From Camelus ferus (taxonomy: Eukaryota), in the NCBI RefSeq assembly GCF_009834535.1, contig NC_045707.1, forward strand, positions 46,254,001 through 46,318,000: a stretch of 64,000 nucleotides of DNA. Direction: 5' to 3'. The notes beneath the pieces were generated by a model that had not been told where the DNA came from, did not search any database, and saw nothing but the letters and a program-made list of their open reading frames with translations. The translations under genes and the position numbers were made by a program. Of this stretch, positions 37,555 to 50,557 are shown piece after piece. How positions within the stretch are numbered: position 1 is the first letter of the stretch; each line of letters starts with the position of its first letter.

Positions 37555-37983
37555 GCACCCCTCCATTCTTCCCTGCTCCAACCTTGAAGATCTCGCGGGG
37601 AGCTATCCATCCTCGTGCCCCACCAGCATGGTTGCATGACCCCAGCTGCCCAGTCCAAGTTTTCTGAGGGATTTCCCTCTCGAGGGGCAAAACAATGCAG
37701 TGCGAGCGTGGAGCTGGCGGAGACCCAGCCACGTACAAAGTCGAAGTCTTAGTTGCACTTGTAAAGCTGGAAACCGAGGTGTGAAGCGGACAGATGGAGA
37801 GTCCTGGCAGTGTTTCCATCCCTGGTTCCAGTTGTTCTGAGCCCAGCAGGTTGGAAATCAGTACGTCCTCCATTCAGTTTGTTTCAGTTGGGTTTGTCCC
37901 TGGAGATCAAGATCATCTTGACATGTACAGAGGCAGTTCTGGATGAAGGCCCGGCAGTGGGGAGGAGTGGGGAGACACAGGCT

Positions 37984-39161
37984 CAGAGGTGGACCTGTCT
38001 AGAGGCTCATGAGGCTCAAGCTTCAACGCCACTCACTCACACGAATCTCTCCACGGCCCAGGGTGGGAGGCACGTTCATGTTTTTGCAAAATTTTTAGGC
38101 GATGCATTAGCTGCAATTATCAAGACCACATCAGTCTCTTTCCATTTCAACCTCCCCTCTATTAAATCCTTCCTCTCCCTGGTTTTGACATGACTAAAGG
38201 CATTTTTGAAAAACCAACTAGAGAAATTGAGTGGAGGATACATTTACTGTGTGTAAAATGGGATATTTTTACGTGACTTCCAATTGTTTTAATCTTGCTT
38301 GTTGGTTGGGTGGAAGAATGGTTTTTAGGAATATTCCCACTGTCCTGACTTGTCGGCCTGGTGACAAGAAGGGGCGGGGCTAGTGGTCATTTCACGATAC
38401 GACTGTGGCCCATGCTTCTTACCTCCAGAAATCTGTGGGGAGTGGAGGAGAAACAAGTTGGAAACGTACAGAGCCAAAGATTGGCCTTGTTGAAAAATTC
38501 CTCCAGTTGTCAGATATGTAAAATTATAAGATGGAAGATGGCATTCTTGACTTTTGGTCAAAATTTAAATTCTCCCCTGTGGGAATACACCGGATAAAAG
38601 CTATATAAACATACTATACGTTTTTTTCCTCTTTTGATGGAAATTTTGCAAAATGGAATTTATCAGAATTCTTGTGGATTTAATCACGTAGGATTTAATC
38701 AGTAGTGAGGATGTCTGTGTGTAAAGTCACATGATTCATGGCTCCTAATGTATCGGACTATGTCTTAGCGAGACATTACCAATTACAGGTTATAAAGCTA
38801 AAATAAACTTCTCTAACTGATCAACCATGCTAGATGAACACCTGAAATCTCTTTCTGTTCCCTCTGTGGACAATGATGTTTCCAACTTACTGTCATATGA
38901 AGAGACAGTCACAGACTGTGCAGCCCAAAATTAAGGAAAATAGAATTTTAGAAGTATGTCAGACAACCAATGGACACAAACTCATAGGTTATTTTTCTAT
39001 ATGTTGTGTTTTTTGTGTCAGTTTCCCAACTTTGTGATTGGTTATGATTTATTTCCCCCTTCTATTCACTTTCATGTTTAATTTCATACTTGCCATTCTG
39101 CAATCATGTTCTTTAAAAGCGTGAACACCGTTCAGGCCCAGAAAACCTGGAGGAGTCCCGG
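37984..39161 (+). mobile_element. Zaphod/MER115-like hAT-Tip100 DNA transposon, internally deleted
   Basis: Start cagaggtggacc...catgaggctcaagcttca, internal gtggaggagaaacaagttggaaacgtacagagcc...gaatttatcagaattcttgtg, and end ggcccagaaaacctgga resemble the Zaphod consensus as I recall it. Confidence 0.7.
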
Positions 39162-39639
39162 TGCTTTGGCTACAGTGCGGAGGTGGGCATGGCTGGCCGA
39201 GCAGAGGCTGAGAACTGGGCCCTCGGGACCGAAGCGGCAGGAGGGAGGTGGGGGAGGTGAACGCGGTGAGGGGAGGGCGGGTCCGTCCAGGTGGATGGTG
39301 CCCGGAGGGTTCTGGTCCTGGCGAGTGACATGTGAGAAAGGCTCCTTTTCTCTGGGAACTGATGCTTTCCAGCTGCTTCCACCTCCTGTCCCTGTGCTGA
39401 GGGGAGAGTTGATTAAAGACTGAGATGGGTGGTACATTCTGGAATCCTGAGAGTCAAAAGTGTCACTCTCTGAAACAGAGTTCTAAGAGCCGGCATCAAA
39501 CAGATGAGGGTTCTCACAGTTTCAGTGCTTTCCAAATCTCTCAGGATTCCTCAAGGAATCAAGTAGACTCTCATCGGAAGTTGAGAACAGATCCTAAACC
39601 CCCATCAGGGAAGCACCAATTTAAATTTAACTGAAAAAG

Positions 39640-40600
39640 ATGTGATTTAATTCTGCTAATCATATAATGACATATGATAAAATGCTTAAAAAGCAAATTA
39701 AAAGGTGGCAGTCACACACATCCATACACAGATGCATAAAGTAGACTGAAAATCTAAAAAAGCAGAAAACATACAATGGTTTGTGTCCAAAGACAAAAGA
39801 CACAAGGGGAAAATATTTGTAACTCATATCATAGCTGAAGATTAATTGTCCTAATATGTTGGAGGTCCTATAAGTCGATTTTTCAAAAAGACCAGCAGCC
39901 TAATAGAAAAATAGGCAGTTCATGAGAAAGGAAATACAAATGCCTCTTAGAAATACAGAGAGACATTAAACCTTATTCACAATGAGAAAATGCAAAATAC
40001 GATACCCTTGCAGCATCACTTTTCCACCGTCAAATTGGCAGAAATAAAAGAAAGCCTGTAAAGATGTGAGGAAACAAGCTTTCTCAGAAACTGTCGGTAG
40101 GAGTGCAGATGCGACTTCTGTGGAGAGCACTCTGGCAATGTCTCTCCAGATTACCGGCACATATATATCCTCTGACTCAGCAATCTGACTTCTAAGAATT
40201 TTTGCAGTAGAATTTATGTGGTCACATACCACGGTAGGATAAGATATAAGATGACTGGCAACACTGTTTGCAATAACAAAAGATGGAGACAACCCACAGG
40301 TCCATCTAGAAGAGACCAGAAAAATAAATTACTTTATGTCCATACCTTGGAATATTACTCAGCTGTAGAAAAAAATAAGTTTATTCCATGAACTGATATG
40401 AAATGATCTTCAAGATATATAAAGTGAAAAAAGCACAATATAGAAGAAATAAAGTGCTCTATTATAACTGTTTTAAAAAGGACAGGTGGGAGGAATGTAG
40501 CCACGTGTGTATTGTTTGAATAAGTATAATGTACTTGTAAAGACACACTGGAATCTCATACATCCATTGCCTCCAGAGAGGAGCTGTGGGTGCCTGGGGG
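39640..40600 (+). mobile_element. Ancient L1ME-type ORF2 end / 3' UTR
   Basis: cacaatgagaaaatgcaaaat...ctctgactcagcaatctgacttctaagaattt...tccataccttggaatattactcagctgt. Confidence 0.7.
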
Positions 40601-42767
40601 ATGAAGAAATGGGTTAAGAGTCTCAGGCCTTCCTGAAAAAGAGTGGAATCACAGGAATTGGGACCCACTCAGCAAATGTGAATTGAGGGCTGGCCTATGG
40701 CAGGCATGGTGGCAGGTGCCAGGGACACAGCATTTAGCAGAACAGACACAGAGCTTACTCCCCAGTGAATGAAACAGGCAATGAGCAAAGAAAACATAGA
40801 TGGACAGATGGAAAGGGAGAAAGAGAATGAAGTACTTTGAAGAAAATTTAAAATGTTTGGTGGAGAGTAAATGCTGGTGGCAGATCTATTCTTATAGACA
40901 GGGTGATGAAAAAGAAGGTCTCTTGTCACCCAGATGTCATGTGGAGCATCTGGGGCCCTGTGCAAAGGCCTCAAGTGGGTAGTTTTGAGTGGGTAGCACA
41001 GAGGCCAGTGGGGCTCAGTGGGGAGGGGGCATGACAGGTGGCGGAGACGTGCCCCCCATTTCACAGCTGTGCAGCCTGCCTGGTCACTAGGGGATGGCGC
41101 CAGCCCCTCAGGGTTCCCCAGGGAAGACCAGCCCCCTTTCTGACTTTGGAACAGGACAGCTCCAGCTTTAGAACTGTGGAGGGTAAACAGATTGGTACAT
41201 TTCCACATTCTGGAGTCACGTCTATCTTTTTAGCCAATGCTTGGAAAGTCTTTTCTCTGAAATAATCTTCCAGGACCAAGGCATCCCTTAGATAACTCCA
41301 GTACCACATCCCAAACGTAGCATTTGGCCCCACAGCTCAAAAGCAGCTCTCCATTCTCCTGGAGAGCCTGTGTGTCTTGGAAGGAAACAGATATAAACAC
41401 CTCTTCCATTTTTGGCTAATCCTGAGCCTGTGCGTTCCAGAAGGAGTCACAGACGAAACCGCCTTCTGCGCTTCTCTTCTGAAAGATGGCTGGGCCCCCG
41501 GGGGACCACAGCTTCCCCAGCGGGTGCATATTCTCTGTATGACATGTGCTATGTAAACTCCCCGATCACACTGGGTCCTCGCGCTTTAAGACAACAAATC
41601 CCCAGGGGAAGGGGGCTGCATCTCGCATAATTGGACAGTTGGCTGTATCCAGAGAGAAGTGTTTGCATAGCACATTGAAAACCAGCCCAGGGGCCCACAT
41701 GTTTGCTCAGCATCCACATGGCAAATAGTAAGAGCCTCCCTTGAATGTAGGGGTCACAAAGGGATTTTCTCAAATCTAAGCCAGCCGCAGGGGTGATGGC
41801 TCATTCAAAAGGCTGCGGTGTAGGAAAGGGTGTTCTGGAATATCGGTGCCAAGGCTCAGCTCATCTGAGATGGACATAAAGCATCTTTTCTCTGTCATTT
41901 TGCTTTTTAGCAGCAGAACTGACCCTGGAATACTGAGGGGTCCTAAGCCTGTTTCAGGGTCCAGGTGTCTGGAACCAGAGCCCAAAGGCCAGCTGTCGGG
42001 AGCAGGGGGTGGGAGAAGGATGGAGGCCCCCTGGCTGTGCTGAGAACAGGACCCAGCGCTTTATGCACATGATTAGTGATGAGGAGCTCGTTGCCTGGCA
42101 ACAGAAACCCCCTCCCCCTTCTATTCAGACCCCTCGGGCTGCTAGTAATGTTTGGTGACATTTTTCTTTTCATAGCAGAGACAGAGTCGCCCCCTTAATT
42201 AGCTGAAGATGGTGCCCACCCCTCCTTTACTGGCTTATTGATCAGACTCCTGATTAGAAATCATCCCCTCAAAGCATTTAATTATTAATTGCACATTAAT
42301 CATCGCTGCGCCAAGATAACCCCACAGATAGCTGTTCCTCTGAGTGAAGAGCTTAGACCAAGACCTGACACAGAGGAAGTGCTATATAAAAATTAACTGT
42401 TCCAATATTTAACAGTATCTCTTCTAGGAGATTCCAGGAGTAAGACCCACACTGGGCAGAATTGACTCTTTTCAAAGAGCTTCTCTGTTTTCTTTCAGAC
42501 TCTCAGAATGCTCCTGCCAAGAAAATCCTTAGACAGCACCCTCCAAACTGCCTCCTTTTACATATGGGGGAACCAAGGCCCAGCAAGGTGGGTGACTTTG
42601 CCAAAGTCACACAGCTAAAGGTGCCAGAGCTAGACCCAACATAGAATTCATGGTCCCGTCTCTTTCCACTATACCCCTGGCTTCTAAATTTAGTGTCGCA
42701 TAAGGATCTCACCAGGGAGCCTGTCAAAAATGCAGATTTGTGATCATTGATTCTCCCCCACAACACC

Positions 42768-43234
42768 TGTATTAGTGTCCTAAGCCTGCTGTAACAAATT
42801 ACCACATGGTTCATGGCTTCAAACAATACAGGTTTATTATCTACAGCTCTGGAGGTCAGAAGTCCTAAAGTGGGTCTTGAGGTACTAAAAGCAAGATGTT
42901 GGCAGAGCTGTTTCTTCTGGAGGCGCTCGGGGCAAGTCTGTTCTTTGTCTTTTCCGGCTTCTCGAGGCCGCCGGCTTTCCTGAACTCACGGCTGCAGCGC
43001 CTGGCTCTGTGCTTCTGTCTCCACCTCTTCTCTGCCTCTCCTGCCTCCCTCTTTCCTTTCTAAGGACCATTGTGATTATGTGGGGCCCCTCCAAGTAGTC
43101 CAGGATAATCTCCCATCTCAAGATCCTAAATCTAGTCACATCTACAAAGTCCCTTTTGCCATGTAAGGTCACATGTTCACGGGTCCTGCAGATTGAACGT
43201 GGCCATCTTTGGGGGTTCATTATTTTGCCTCCCC
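42768..43234 (-). mobile_element. MaLR LTR (MLT1C/D-like) inserted in a MER5-like hAT fragment
   Basis: tgtattagtgtcctaagcctgctgtaacaaattaccac...ccaggataatctcccatctcaagatcc...tacaaagtcccttttgccatgtaaggtcaca. The flanks aaaaatgcagatt and ttctgattcc...ctggaatctgca are MER5A-like. Confidence 0.8.
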
Positions 43235-43949
43235 TTCTGATTCCATCTTCAGGGGCTGGAGCCCTGGAATCTGCACCGTGTACAACTCTCTGCGACTCTG
43301 CTGCACTTGGGGAGCCTTGCGTTGCCCCTCCTGCCCTCTCTTGCTTGCTTTTTATGAGAAAATGATGCCATTGGCAGGACCAAGTCCTTGTTCCCATTTA
43401 ATAAGATGAGACATTCAAGGCTGAGAAAAATTAATTTCTAGTCCAAGGTCCCTCAGCTCAAGCTGGAATTGAAGGCCAGAACCCCTGTCCCCACACCCAG
43501 TGTCCTTTCCACTGCATCACAGGCACCCGGTTCCCCTCCTGTACAATGGAGGCAAGGTTGTGGAGCCTGCTCCGCTCCTCTCACAGCGAGGACATCAAGG
43601 TCCAGGATTGGTCACATGGCCCTGCCAAGGCTCCACTTCCTGGGCACAAGTTAACCGCCCTCCCTCGGGAGGTCCTGGAGAGCTCAGACATCCCCCCCTG
43701 CTTTCTGCACCGAAATTTATCCTTACAAGTCTGCTGAGGGACGCTTCTTCCCACAGAGTGAGATTGATGGGCTAAATTAATTTCGAACACATGGGACAGA
43801 AACATCTGAGCCTTTTGGTGGATTATCTACACAGAGCAGACTGATGGGAGTTAGGGCTGAGGGGGTGGCAGGCCTCTTCTGTTCACCTCCCTTGAGGAAA
43901 AAAATAACAAAGGAGACGCTTGAGTGCTGGTGCGCGCGCGTGCGAATGA

Positions 43950-43963
43950 ACACTAGAGGGCAG
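43950..43963 (+). promoter_or_regulatory. Candidate CTCF site
   Basis: ACACTAGAGGGCAG matches the CCASYAGRKGGCRS core at 13 of 14 positions, in unique DNA next to a retained CpG run tgcgcgcgcgtgcg. Confidence 0.55.
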
Positions 43964-44607
43964 AGTTCGTCCAGGAATGGAAGAGCCCTGCTGCTTTCCT
44001 CTGGATTTCAGGACGATTTTTAAAGGGCGAGCTGGTAGCAGGAAGAAGGGTCATTGCCTTTGGTACGGCTTTAGTCCATAGGTTTCTAATTGGGCTATTA
44101 ATCTGGAAATAAGTATAAAATAAGAAACCCAGGGGGTGAGTTGAGAGCAGATGCAATGTGAATTACGAACATCCCATGAATGACTTTTCAGAGGGTCAGT
44201 TATCTCCTAATCTTTGTTCTTTAATGTGAATTGACTCCTGACCACTAGCTGGCAGTTTGTCATAAAGCAGTAGGTCACAGTACTGAGAAACACCAAATTC
44301 TTTTAGAGTTTTCTAGAACATTATCCCTGCAGCTAGAAAATGTTAAAATATATATATGCAAATTCATGTGATGGTCTGCACAAACAGACACACAGACACT
44401 CCCCCTCGCCCCGCTCCCAGGCTGTCTCACCATGTGAATGGAGCAGTCACTGCAGAGGTGGAAGGTCAGCAGCTGCACGCTGATCCCTTGCTCGGGAGTT
44501 ACTCCCAAAAACACACGCCTTGGCCATCTGCAAGGCAGCGACACTTGGACATATTTGAATTTACAGGGGCCTGAGGAGAGTCTCTTGTTTAGAACAACAG
44601 TGACTAC

Positions 44608-44840
44608 CATATGACTAGAACTAACAACACTGTATTGCGTATGTGATAGTTGCTAAGAAGGTAAATCTCCAAAGTCCACATCACGGGTAAAAAAATGCTT
44701 GCTAGTATACAAGGTGGTCGATGTTAACCAGACTTATTGTGGTGATCATTGCACAGTATATACACATAGCGAATCTGTATGTCACACACCTAAAACTAAT
44801 ATAACGTTATATGTCACTCATACTTCAATTTAAAAAATGG
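44608..44840 (+). mobile_element. L1MA9-like 3' end
   Basis: gactagaactaacaacactgtattg...gttgctaagaaggtaaatc...cacctaaaactaatataacgttatatgtc followed by an A-rich tail. Confidence 0.8.
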
Positions 44841-47800
44841 AAAAAACCAACCAAACAAATATAATAATAACTACCATAAATGAGAACTCTTTAGGTACTA
44901 GGCACTGGGGTTTTCGTGTAGGATCTCATTTAAGCAATGGAACCCTATAAGATAGATACTATTATTATTATGTTTATTTTACAGTTGAGGAAATTGAAAC
45001 TAAGAGAGGTTAAGTAAGTTGTCCAAGATTACCCAGCTAGGAGGTTGGTTCTTCCCTGACACTTTCCATTCTAATCTGAGCATGGTGCTGATTTGGTGAG
45101 TAGTCTTAGGAAAGTGACTCCTCCTCTCTGTTGAATCTTAGATCTTATAATGAGGCAAATACTTAATAACTGAAGTAGTCAAAATAAATATAACATAACC
45201 TCTATGTCAGAGATTTGGGGCATCAGGAGCCCAGATTAACACAGAGTCCAGGGATATCACCAGCCTTGAGATCTGCGGGAACCTGGTGCAGGGGTCATAA
45301 GAAGGAAGTTTTCATGGGCTGGAAATGTAACAGACTGGTGTGAGGTGAGTAGGATTATCCTCTTAACCTCCTGGTTTAAGAACATGGATGGATGCCTCTC
45401 CTGCCCACAGGCCCTATAGTCTGGGGGCTGTCGACTTGCAGGAGGATGGCCGCATGTTGGGCAGAGAGACGTGTGCATTGGAGAAATGCTGTCACCTGGG
45501 GGTTGGCTGGAAGAGGAAGCCACATGTTTCTCAAGGGCCCACCAGAAGCTGCCTGGCCCAGAGTGCTAGGGCAGGTCCCAGGGCTACTTGGTCAGCCATG
45601 GGGACCAACAGTCCTGCCACTGGCAATCACAAAAAAGCATATTCAGCTTTGCCTTTTCTTCCTCTGCGCCCAAAGTCAGAAAGGGACGCATAGGGAGGGC
45701 GAGGAGTGGGGGAGAGAGAGAGTAGGCCACGTCTCCAGTCCCCTCCCCCACTCCCAAATCTTCTAAAGCCTGTGGCCTAGTCTGCATTGGAGGCTAAGAG
45801 GAAAGCTTTGGATCAAATATAAAATTGAAATTTTAAACTGAACAGCACTGAAACTTAATAACTGGAGAGAAACCGTTTTGATAACTGAAATGATGAAAAG
45901 GCATAGAATCAGACGGGTGTGTACATAGCTAATGGAGCCTGCTACCCAGTGGGAAAAGGAGGTGCCACAGAGCAGAACTGATAGATTTGGGGGAGGGAGA
46001 ATCCATTTCATGTTTATCCCCCCGGAGAATTGGCAGTCTTCACTAAACCTGCTACTCAAAGGAAAATCAATAAATATTACATATTCTGCTGCAGGCAAAG
46101 GGGCTGCTGCCCGCCGGTCCTCGCTGCGCAGTGACACCCTGCGCCTGCATTAGTGGCGCACCTCTGAGGGGCTTCGGTCTGGCCGGAGTGTCTTGGGCAC
46201 CTCAGATAATGGTGAAAAAAGCCAAGGGTTTCTTTTCTTGTCCAGATTGTAATTATAGATCTTCTGCTTTCCACAACAAACGCTGGGTTAGGATAGTCAT
46301 CTTCTTAAGTGCCCTCCCTCTGCTCAAAGACTTCTGCCCTCTGAGAGGTCTGGATTGATGCCCCCATCTCCCTCCTGAACTTTCATAGCTCATCCTGAGC
46401 CCTAGGCTTCAGAATGGCTAATACAGTATGAACTTAATTTGCAGAAATAATGATGATCATCTCATCCCAACTATGAGTTCCTTCCACCCCTTGACTGTAC
46501 GAGATTTGGGCAGTACAAGAACCCATAGACAGACATCAGCAGAAGAAAGGCCAGAGCCCCTAAACAGACCCAAGGACCATATCATAATACCCTCTGTGAT
46601 AAAAGATGATGTCACCAATCCATGGGAGGGGGAAAGAATAATCCATAAATCGTGCTTGGTTAATTGGTTAACCACATGTGGAAAAATAACCGTTTAAATT
46701 CTCACTTCATAACCAATCAATTTCCAATGGATTAAAGACTTAGATGTAATAAATAAAAGTGTGGAAGAAAACCTAAGTATTTATGAAACCTTGGGATTGG
46801 GAAAGAACTTTACAAACATAATAACAATAAAGAAATCGCATAAAAAATGATAACTTTGAATATATAAAATTTAAAATACATGCACTTTTAATATTTAAAT
46901 TATATAAATGCAGTTTAAAAGTATAGTAGTAACATGGCCCATTAATCCCTATTGCACCAGCTGACAGCAAGCCAACAGCCAAGACGTGAGTGAGACCATC
47001 CTGGACCATCTGTTCCCTAGCCAGGCCACCAGCTGACAGTAGATGCATGAATGAGCCCAGCCGACATCAGCCACGCCTGGTCCAGGTCACCAGATACATC
47101 CTGCTGACCAACAGATTTGTAAGTAACCGTAAATGTTTTGTGGCTTTGAACACTACGTTTTAAGGTGATTTGTTATGCAGAATTAGATAAATGATACAAA
47201 AGGAAAATGGCAAATTGGAACAAATCTGTACAAGAAGTATGAAGGATAAAGATTAAAATCTTTAATATGAAATGAGGTCTTATAAATCAGTAAGAAAAGC
47301 AACATCTACCATAGAGAAATGGATACAGGACGTGAGGAGACAAGTTGTTAAGGAAGAAACAGAAATGGCTTAATAAACTAATGAAAAAAAGATTAAACCT
47401 CACAAAAACAAAAGAAGTGCAATCTAAACATTAAACCACACGTAGGTTTTACTTATTAAATGAACAACAATGTAAAAATATTCGGTCTGAGCACAGTTGT
47501 GTGATGGACACTCTCATATCTACAGATAGAAGTACAATTAACAAACCGTTTTTTGAAAGCATTTTAGCGAGATTGAGGGAAAGCCTTCGGGGCGGATGCA
47601 GTTGGTTGATGTGGAACATTACATTATTGTTCTCAATTCCTCATTGTGCTCTTTGTGGAAGTTGGTAGTTCTTTCTCCTGGAAGCAAAGTATTACTTTCT
47701 TTTAGACTAGATGTTGTGCTTGGCCTTGTGGCTGTTTTGGCCAATGGAGCGTTAACAAATGTGTACTGCAAGCAGAGGTTTAAGCATGCTCTGGTTTCAA

Positions 47801-48466
47801 GCTTGTTCCCTTGCATCTTTCCTTTTATCACAAGAAGAGCTTCCCCTGTGTACTCCTGTCCCTTCAGTCTGGGCCTCAGAGTGAACACATGGATCTGGGA
47901 AGATGGAGATGGTAGTGGAAGAATAGCGTTTGGAACTTGCCTGATTGCTACAAAAAAACAGACAGGACAGTTAGGTAGCAAAACCAAAACCCCACAAATT
48001 TTTCCAATAAAACCAGGTGTGAGAAGGTATCCCTGTGGACTCTGAAACACAAGCTGGTGAGGATAAATCATTGATAGTCACGAGACTTGTAAAGTATTAG
48101 CATCTGTGCAGGAAAAAGCAGTGGGGCATCTGACAAACCTGAGAACAAGAAACCCCTAAAATATCCAACAGGTATTCACTGGCAAGCTCAGCAAGCTAAT
48201 TTTAGAACAACAGCTGAAACTATTGTGACAACTCCAATTAGCAGGTGAGTGCACAGGCCCACAGTAAGACCTGAAAGGTGTGGAGCAGTCCAGCCCCTGT
48301 AAACTCTCAAAACTCACCAGCCTGGGTCCCCTTTCCCTGAGGATACTGCTGGGAGTGGAATTAAAATTGAGCAGAATAGGCACTACAGAGATGAAGGAAA
48401 GAAAGTCCAGATAAAGGTGGGTGAGGGGAACATATCCAGGAAATCTTACAAAGTAAGCTATTACAT

Positions 48467-49948
48467 ATATATTTATTTATTTTATTGAGTTATATTCAGT
48501 TTACAATGTTATGTCAATTTCCAGTGTAGAGCACAATTTTTCAGTCATACATGAACATACATATATTCATTGTCACATTTTTTTCTCTGTGAGCTACCAT
48601 AAGATCTTGTGTGTATTTCCCTGTGCTATACAGTATAAACTTGTTTATCTATTCTATATATACCTGTCAGTATCTACAGATTTCGAACTCTCAGTCTGTC
48701 CCTTCCCACCCGCCTCCCGCCTAGTAACCACAATTTTGTATTCTATGTCTATGAGTCTGTTTCTGTTTTATATTTAAATTCATTTGTCATCATCTTGTTT
48801 CTTTTTATTAGATTCCACATATGAGCGATATCATATGGTATTTTTCTTTCTCTTTCTGGCTTACTTCACTTAGAATGACATCCTCCAGGGACATCCATGC
48901 TGCAAATGGCATTATGTTGTTGTTTTTTATGGCTGAATAGTATTCCATTGTATAAATATACCACAATTTCTTTATCCAGTCATCTGTCGACTGGATATTT
49001 AGGCTGTTTCCATGTCTTGGCTATTGTAAATAGTGCTGCTATTATGAACATTGGGGTGCAGGTGTCTTTCTGAAGTAGGGTGCCTTCTGGATATATGCCC
49101 AGGAGTGGGATTCCTGGGTCATATGGTAAGTCTATTTTTAGTTTTTTAAGGAATCTCCATACTGTTTTCCACAATGGCTGCACCAAACTGCATTCCCACC
49201 AGCAGCGTAGGAGGGCTCCCTTTTCTCCACAGCCTCTCCAGCATTTATCATTTGTGGACTTTTGAATGATGGCCATTCTGACTGGTGTGAGGTGATACCT
49301 CATTGTAGTTTTAATTTGCATTTCTCTGATAATTAGTGATATTAAGCATTTTTTCATGTGCCTATTGGCCATTTGAATGTCTTCATTGGAGAATTACTTG
49401 TTTAGGTCTTCAGCCCATTTTTGGATTGGGTTGTTTGTTTTTTTCTTATTAAGTCTTATGAGCTGCTTATATATTCTGGAGATCAAGCCTTTGTCAGTTT
49501 CATCTTTTGAAAAAATTTTCTCCCATTCCATAGGTTGTTTTTTTGTTTTGCTGATGGTTTCCTTTGCTGTGCAAAAGCTTGTAAGTTTAATTAGGTCCCA
49601 TTTGTTTATTCTTGCTTTTATTTCTATTGCTTGGGTAGACTGCCCTAGGAGAACACTGTTGAGATGTATGAGAGATAATGAGACATATGGACCAATGGAA
49701 CAGAGTAGAGAGCCCAGAAATGAAGCCACAAACTTTTGGTCAATTAATCTTCGACAAAGGAGGCAAGAACATACAATGGAATAAAGACAATATTTTCAGC
49801 AAATGTTGTTGGGAAAACTGGACAGCAGCATGTAAATCAATGAAGCTAGAACACTCTCTTATACCATACACAAAAATAAACTCTAAATGAATCAAATACT
49901 TAAACATAAGACAAGATACAATAAACCTCCTAGAAGAAAACATAGGCA
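48467..49948 (-). mobile_element. Young lineage-specific L1, 5'-truncated with 5' inversion (48467-49680 antisense, 49681-49948 sense)
   Basis: ORF2 C-terminal peptides on the - strand ([17 protein letters not shown]...[38 protein letters not shown]) and on the + strand ([13 protein letters not shown]...QLIFDKG). TSD aagctattacat (48455-48466) / aagctgttacat (49949-49960). Confidence 0.93.
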
Positions 49949-50471
49949 AAGCTGTTACATTTTTTGTACTACATGAAACACGACAGAAAGGGTAACTTTG
50001 TGAAGTTAAAAAAGTTATCCTGAACAAAGCCTCTTTATAAAAGTTTAGGAAAAACTAAATTCATACAAAAATGATCAACAGGAAAGTATTGAGGTCAAAT
50101 CTCATACAAAGCTATTCTAAGAAAAATGAGAATGAGGAGCAGAATAAAATCCTTACAGGTGATGAAAGCAGGCCAGATACATTTGCTTAAAAAAAGAAAA
50201 AAAGAAGAAGCAAAATATAATCTACTATTTCAGAATGAGCTAAAAGACATTAAGAAAATGATACATAACATGAAAGACTAAATTATTGAGAAATAGAAAA
50301 ACTCAGAAATGAAGTGACAGACATCAAGAGAAATATAGATATAAAATAAGTGAAGGTTAAACTGCAAGGAATCCAGTGGATTAATACATAGATAATGCCT
50401 TAGGAGAAATAGAAGGTGAAAATGAGAGAATTTTTTAAAATAAAGAACAATAAATTAAAAAGGTAAAGATT

Positions 50472-50557
50472 TCATGTATAACTGAAAAATTGTGCTCTAC
50501 TCTGGAATTTGACATTACATTGTAAAATGACTATAACTCGATTAAAAGATTTTAAAA
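50472..50557 (+). mobile_element. ~85-bp 3' tip of the same young L1 family
   Basis: Closely resembles the reverse complement of 48485-48555. TSD aaaaaggtaaagatt (50457-50471) / aaaaagataaagatt (50558-50572) at a TT|AAAA site. Confidence 0.85.

Noticed and set aside
45888..45982. Possible C/D snoRNA (ATGATGA ... CTGA)
   Set aside because: No terminal stem, no recognisable rRNA antisense element and no host intron.
48980..49890. L1 ORF2-like ORFs read as a gene
   Set aside because: Fragments of a truncated, inverted L1 with frame disruptions; no endonuclease or RT core.
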